Source: Klebsormidium nitens (lineage: Eukaryota; Plantae; Klebsormidiophyceae). Taken from it: DNA of 64,000 bases. Made by a program: the position numbers and the translations under genes. The notes beneath the pieces are model-generated. The model was given only the letters and a program-made list of their open reading frames with translations, did not search any database and was not told the origin of the DNA. Shown piece by piece: positions 60,001 through 64,000 of the stretch. The stretch lies in the NCBI GenBank assembly GCA_000708835.1, contig DF236985.1, forward strand, positions 1 through 64,000. Direction: 5' to 3'. How positions within the stretch are numbered: position 1 is the stretch's first letter; each line of letters starts with the position of its first letter.

Positions 60001-60613
60001 CACTTTTTACAGCAGCCGACTTTAGACGAAACTGACAAGAACTACAGGTCTTAGATCGCTGTAGATTCGGCAATTGGCACTGCGGGCAGACATTCTCACG
60101 ATGATGCAGCTGAAACCTATGCTTACAGTTTCCACATACGTGAGCTTGGCTAAATACCCGTTGAGTGCACCCTGGGCATTCTTTCAAACGCCTCTTTCCA
60201 CTACCGCCGCAACTATGACAGCTAAGAGCGCTGGGAAGTACTTTGCTGGTACAATGCATCTTCCAGGGGCAGAGTATCATGCTGAGCCCGTTTGAACCAT
60301 CCTGGCTATAATCAGCGGTCTCAGCGGGCATATCCCGGTCGTCAGAGCTTACAGATCCTCCAGAACTGTCCTGCGCATATCGCCGTACAAGCACTACGTA
60401 CTTCATCTCCCATGCTTGTACACCTTTCATCATTGCTCCTTCCAAAGAAGTCGGCGTCATGACTACAATTGAAAAACCAGCTTCGTCTCCTTCCCAGCTT
60501 GTAACTTTGCCCACACAATGCTGAAAGCGATCATCAAGAGGGGCTGCTCGAACATGAACACCCAGCAGAACCTGCGGCCCGTACCTATCCACGTCGTCAG
60601 CCGGAGAAGCCAT
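54020..60613 (-). CDS. RepHel transposase, 2197 aa, intronless: zinc ribbons - AP2 - AP2 - Cys cluster - HUH Rep - PIF1 helicase - APE/EEP endonuclease
   Basis: ATG at 60613. Rep: EFQQRGTPHTH (HUH, ~57803-57835) and YISSYMMK (YxxxY). Helicase: LTGGAGTGKS, IVIDEISM, GGDLFQLKP, QFPLRPA, HTQGMT, YVGLSR. APE/EEP: HNVRS, VCTET, AVYRSP, GDFNID, SMLDAVWV, SDHSPL. AP2-like: YRGVHR..GAFESEEQAARTYD..LNFP and FFGVYE..GYYDTATEAARAYD..LNLP. Confidence 0.95.
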   Translation of the reverse strand: MASPADDVDRYGPQVLLGVHVRAAPLDDRFQHCVGKVTSWEGDEAGFSIVVMTPTSLEGAMMKGVQAWEMKYVVLVRRYAQDSSGGSVSSDDRDMPAETADYSQDGSNGLSMILCPWKMHCTSKVLPSALSCHSCGGSGKRRLKECPGCTQRVFSQAHVCGNCKHRFQLHHRENVCPQCQLPNLQRSKTCSSCQFRLKSAAVKSGAGQYRGVHRSKRLQRPFEIKCQFSRRQYHVGAFESEEQAARTYDYVIQALVADGAYPRPLNFPDGAGVDAAERAYADECLMLLRGKLNQRSSAPREESATQASAAPNESSHPQFFGVYETRYHDRIRFRARINVLCKSYDLGYYDTATEAARAYDYVARRVSRRHALNLPVSDSLQLSLAVKMELDRSISAMTSENVSPTNDADTDDLDEIVREFRAASNEGPLFVCTSCRRSWFSHSVREVNDKLRSRLTDAEALAWLSGRCSVDNKEWICSTCAGYVKKRRCPPGAPTRQPDFPALTPALQGLTSMENDLLALRLPFMKMRGLPPSAAGGPRRLGQLALKGMVVNVPADLSKIQLALPRFVDSEGTIAVAIKYKLRNKACYRAAENVRPAKLRDAVVDLTSRPTLWREAGVSVRSDWLADADLRTDAHHVESFLFRDQLGIEGGVITLDDVSSSSSSESDSGDEDTGRLPPEETMLQDVPSFVSFHNFGVNVAPSEGQTPLGMLQDPYAEEKAFPSLFNGCARPTSQLSYSKICKFELTNVDRRFAYHTSNIFFKLRKLQAAMVASQSWVHLRKKKLPSLAFPTVGELRNSEIKSSLMAQNVGYRDFKTLRGSPEYNRQGKQEAFATIRQLGPFQFFGTFTMAETHWGALIRNLHYLATGIMVSEAAALEFPWIDKVRLIRNDPVTVSRCYDNRRSRLVHAICKYSSLIGHVTDFFWRDEFQQRGTPHTHCAFYVADAPKFGIDDDSTVVAFIDAHVTCSSTAAAPANLAGQFHHHSRGYCLKRRSPSNKRVCRFSFPRPPLHETMILHPLPEGLSESKKLECAEYHRRIAAGLKDLEDKDPGVRELDTLEFYSRLSLTPSEYVLGLRSKLVKPVVFLKRRPCEVYINNYNPKLLKLLDGTNMDFQFVLEAYAAANYISSYMMKTDYKMSKLLDQAYADARRGNMELRRAIRHVGMTLLKGQEVSAQEAVYGCIGIPYRRSSRDHIFIPTGPVEDRTFLVKNDHALRLLPEDSTECVYTNIVDKYAMRLRNPILQGTETLTLADFAAWYEPASTAPVADEEINDDTVPSAETADLTVADELDSTQNSTGMRRYRKRSKAKIIRYVGYRKNSDPELFFREQLLLFLPWQFDGEDLATLNAQIDRILLASYTDFETRYDANKDSIEAVVASYNYNSCIAWEDVEQYAEAMAAMDVELFDELDDTAAVHISDSASADCAVPSEFTVPPELHPSADASAEEKLPHSQVLLDDQDFRSQMRILTLPQRAYINHVIHRLKFQGDWQLVEFLTGGAGTGKSLVIRCLTQLVIRTFSGTLGLQPTSLKLLLTAFTGSAGFNIDGVTIHSAFKIPLYAKVETYIQISGEKKAALRDNYADLRGIVIDEISMTGAKLLQIINYRLQEIFESAEPFGGLPVIFGGDLFQLKPLWDGYVFEGVRKQGVIVSNLWEENVRMYELVDIMRQKECLNFAEALNRLRVGAHTADDLALFQTRVVDTLHLPADYSAFDKHIFATHKKRDMHNSLVLRLTGGPEFSLRARDEVLSCSISSRDRQYFLTKAITMQDSETATLYATLLLKVGLLVEVTCNIDIPDGLYNGATGYIRRFHDVGGADPHAVWIEFVDERVGRHTRKQHVNLYRLCPSVNPTWTPVFRISRKFQASRRIDSTILRMQFPLRPATAGTFYHTQGMTVRKGAVDFRGASKRHIDAGRHYVGLSRFPSLKDVFILDAAFDEITVSHKVIMEMARLRQKACVVPCIPQVPFSPGCDRELHLILHNVRSFRLHESDLFADPNFNRSHIIVCTETRTSPSWSLSTLSRSNFEVYRAEANASERSGFDNVLIYLSKQDKALTATFHSALSDCHSQVLCIHIRGRPCPDFYLIAVYRSPSDFLVDNFLETLRRFLDDIFRRAPGATPSFICAGDFNIDLLQKSNTAQKLISIMHSFGASLLNSLPTTNQGSMLDAVWVSSSLASTAAVRNLEAYWSDHSPLHIALHSVSCR

Positions 60614-60939
60614 TATTGCGGTCAGCAGTATGCTGCAGCAAACAGAATTCAGCAAAGCAGAAGACACAGATTAAGACGCAGCCTGCATGCACAGAGAAAG
60701 ACTTGCAGCACTCGTACGAAGTTGAAAGCCAGCACGACCTGACTGTCATGCGAAGCAGCTCGATGCGAGGGATAAACAGAGCATTGACAATCGAGGCCGC
60801 CTGGATCGGCCGCGTTAAAGCGAACGACTGTGACAATAAAGACCAACGATCGGGTACGCACCGTTAGTACTAATAAGGCGACATACTATACAGAATGGCT
60901 AGGTACGCACCGCCGCAGTCGAAATCACAGGCACGCGGG

Positions 60940-60995
60940 GTAGCATGCACAGTATGCATGCTACGCAACAGTATGACCTATCGGTACGATACCGA
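60940..60995. other. Stem-loops upstream of RepHel
   Basis: Perfect 10-bp stem gtagcatgca-cagta-tgcatgctac (60940-60964), and tcggta-cga-taccga (60981-60995), the latter repeated at ~61085. Confidence 0.6.
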
Positions 60996-62040
60996 CTCAC
61001 GCAAAAGCACGAAGCTACGCAGATATATCACTGATATCAGCGGTACGTACCCGATCAGCTCATTTACTGCGACAAATCCTCGATCCGGTACGATACCGAG
61101 ACTCACAGAAGCCCGAGGCGATTTCCTATACGAGGTAGGTACGTACCAAGTAGTGTAGGCTAGCGGCTAGCCTGGCTAGGTACGTAGATAGTCGGTACGC
61201 AGTAAACAGTACGCAATGACCCAGATTGAGCCCCGTTCGACGGCGACTTGCGTCAGATTGAGCCGAGTCTAAAATGTTCGATTCGAAAACCGCAATCCGC
61301 ACCGCAACGCGGCACCCAGTCGAGGCGGGGGGTTGTCGCCTTATTTGGGCAAATTTTTATGCCGTACCGTACGTTTTATCGTCGAACTCAGGCAAGCGAA
61401 GTCGGCACAAACAGGTCGATCGCCGGGTCCGCGCCGCGGCGTCGTACAGTAGCAAAAAACCCCATTCCCATGGCTGCCCTCTTCCAAAGGAAGAGGCAAG
61501 CCAATATACTGACACGCGTTTGGCAACCGCAAAGAGTGGGCCACGTTAAACCTGATTCAGCTGTCAGTAAGAGCAACTTTTGATGCCAGTGCATTCATCA
61601 CTGGGCAGCTAATAGCAAGTCGCATTTCGCATTCACAGGACTCGTCGAGATGGCTATCAACACAACGGAGCAAGTTTATGACCGACTCACCGTACTTCGA
61701 ATTCATAAGCTCTGAATTTCCCGGCAAGCCTAAAAGATCACCGGGTTGCGGGGCAAAGCCCCATCAGCAAAATATGATGCATACAAATGTTCCGGTGATC
61801 ATATGTATCGTGCAGAGAAAGCATTGCGAATGTGCATACAATCTCTGTCTTCTTGATGTTACTTGCGATCTTAAAAGAACATGCAATGATTAGCTATTGT
61901 AAGGCAACAAGTGGAGGGCATGCGTATTCATCGTCGGAACGCTGGAAAAGGTCGTCGAAGGAGAAGAGGCGTCCCGTACAGCGTCGAACAGAAGCACGCA
62001 AAGGAGGTCACACGACTGGCGGCCTCAGTGGATGTTCATG

Positions 62041-63803
62041 CTACTCCCGTTCTCGGCAGAATGGCTTGTGCTCTGGCCAGGCGTTGACTTGACATTCCTT
62101 CGAGCAATCTGCAAACGAAAGGTCTGATAAGTAGCCCATTCAACGTACAAGTCGCGGGGGCGTGCCATTAAGAGGGCCATCAACTTGATCAACCCAACTC
62201 GTATATTATGCCTCTACGTATCAAGTGAAGCAGCACGTGGTACTGCTCTAGGCCTCGAAAGCAAATCTCTCGCGACCCTTTTAGTCCACCTCAGCTTTCC
62301 AAGCAGGCCAAGCCATGGATCGCTTTGAAAAGACGGAAGGCTCTGCAGAACACACACTTCTTTCAACAGACTAGCTGAGAAGCCAAGCCAAGATCAACTC
62401 AAAGCGGAGCTCCGCCGCCGTACTCACAGCGCATCTCGCGACACCGTCCGCAGGTCCGGAACTTCAGCCCCGGCCCCTCCTTCTTGTCGCAGGCGCGCGC
62501 GCTCTCCAGGCCGCGGTTGCACAGAGCCTCGACCCTCTTCGGGAGCTCTCCGATCGCCCCAGCCGCCGCGAGCGTGGCCGCCGTCCGTTTGTGGCCGTAC
62601 TGCTTCGCGACGTCCAGGGGCGTCAGGCCGTTGACAGGTGGCGGCGTCGGGTTGGCCCCCTTCGCGAGCAGCATAGCCACGGCCTGCAGATATTGAGACG
62701 AGATTTGAGCGAGAACTAGTGTCGGGAATTGCCGAGGACGTGTATTTTGGCATAGTGTGCGACTGGTTTGAGGCAAGCGACTGGAAGGGAAGGAAAAGCA
62801 AGGTTTCTCTACTTCCTGTACGAAAGGTCCCTTTTTGGAAGCTTCAGGTCGAGCTGGCACATCCATTTCGCGATCGAAAAAGGCCAGGTTTTTGACAGGG
62901 CTGTGTCACTATCTCGACGAAATCTCGGCCAGGATTCCCCATCTTGAGCTTAATATAACGGTGACTTCAAACAGGTAATAAGGATGACGGCTATCGAGAT
63001 TGTGTTTGAGCAGATATTTGGCCCTAAACTATGCGCTGAGGAAGCCAACGTGGGGCCGCAAAATGCCCAGACTCCAAAGAACCTTCGGCTCCGAACTAGC
63101 CCCGGCTCACCTCCACTTGGCCCAGCTCCGCAGCCTTGAACAGCGCGGTGGCGCCGTCCCGGTGCTGGCTCTCGTCCGCGCGCGCACCGCTCTCGATCAG
63201 CTGGTCGACGACAGCGGCCCACCCGTACTGGGCTGCGATCGTCAGCGGGCTGCGGCCGCGGTTGTCCGGCTTGTTGACCGCCTTCGCGAGGCCCTGCTGA
63301 CCGCCGCTCTCCCGAATGCGCGCGAGCGCGAGCGCGCACAGCTCCGAGCTGCCGACTTGCGCGATGCTGAGAGAAGGAGAGACATGGACAATTAGAATTG
63401 GCTTCTCCTTTCTGAAAACCAGATGGGTCGTGTATTGGACAGAGGAACAGGTTAGGCAGTCAGACCGTTTCGAAAAGGAGACAGGTCAAAAACTGAAGCT
63501 GTTTTACGTGGCTTTGAGCTGGGCCCTACAACCGAACACGAACTCGCCATTAAGTAGAAGCAATACATTTATAGAGCAGTCTGCGGAGATGTCTCGACAA
63601 CGGCTTCCAAAATCTTTCAAGTCAATAATTCATATTTGTTGTTGCGTCCATGAAGGGGTTCAGACGATACTCACACATGGAGAGCATTCAGCCCGTCTTT
63701 CGTCGGGTAGTCCGCGCGCGCACCGCTCTGGAGCAAAAAGCTGGCCAACTGCAGCCTGCCTTGCAGGAGGGCGTGCATCAGGGCGGTGCAGCCGTCAGCG
63801 TCC
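62041..63803 (-). CDS. Ankyrin-repeat + C-terminal MYND finger protein, 3' part (5' exons beyond the window)
   Basis: Exons encode DADGCTALMHALLQG, DNRGRSPLTIAAQYG, DGATALFKAAELG and VNGLTPLDVAKQYG (ankyrin repeats). Splicing gives CGRCREMRYCSKECQVNAWPEHKPFC (MYND); stop at 62041. Confidence 0.85.
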
Positions 63804-64000
63804 CTGTAATGAAAAGAGAGCTTATCAAGAGGAACATCTTTTTTCGTACAACTTCCACTGCGAGTATCCTCTTCAGCCTCCAGATTAGTTCCTGGCGTCT
63901 ACTGGCTGACAAAGCTTCTGGAAAGTCGCTCGTATTACAAACAAACAGGCCACCCTGATCCAGACTTCGGAACGATTCTTTCTCCCGCCATCTTACAGCG

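Larger units (their letters stand above)
47909..61281 (-). mobile_element. Autonomous Helitron-superfamily rolling-circle transposon (~13 kb) encoding AP2-RepHel-APE, an RPA70-like protein and a MYND-finger protein; boundaries approximate
   Basis: HUH Rep plus PIF1 helicase ORF with co-oriented, tightly packed accessory ORFs. Candidate 3' end is CTAG|T at 47909-47912 after a 22-nt hairpin (47916-47937). The 5' end is not uniquely defined and lies somewhere above ~60.9 kb. Confidence 0.85.

Noticed and set aside
60614-60667. Track start of the 2215-aa ORF at 60667
   Set aside because: It is a non-ATG start; the first ATG is at 60613.

Overview
Intron-rich eukaryotic genomic DNA, probably a streptophyte (Klebsormidium-like) green alga; this is inferred from plant-type gene families, GC-rich exons and GT-AG introns, not from a database search. 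In order: (1) a ~14 kb head-to-head inverted duplication with an intact six-exon bestrophin-type anion channel gene (9.5-14.2 kb, +) and a damaged twin (0.2-4.6 kb, -), with two TIR insertions confirmed by empty sites in the opposite arm; (2) a class-3 lipase gene (-); (3) a SAM-methyltransferase-fold gene (+); (4) a ~12 kb gene (-) for a dynamin/SLIP-GC-like GTPase with a Tudor/Agenet domain between G1 and G2 and two C-terminal methyl-CpG-binding (MBD)-like domains; (5) a degenerate EF-hand-repeat gene (-) whose introns hold tandem decayed copies of its own exon-intron junctions; (6) a ~13 kb, apparently intact Helitron-superfamily element (-); (7) the 3' part of an ankyrin+MYND gene (-). The element is the main candidate for an undescribed system. 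Its intronless 2197-aa ORF joins zinc ribbons, two AP2 DNA-binding domains, an HUH Rep, a PIF1 helicase and an APE/EEP endonuclease. It is followed by a five-exon RPA70-like gene and a MYND-finger ORF, and it carries two exact CCAAT-N9-CCACG (ERSE-type) motifs. All gene models were built by eye from GT-AG sites and reading-frame phase; element termini are only candidates.
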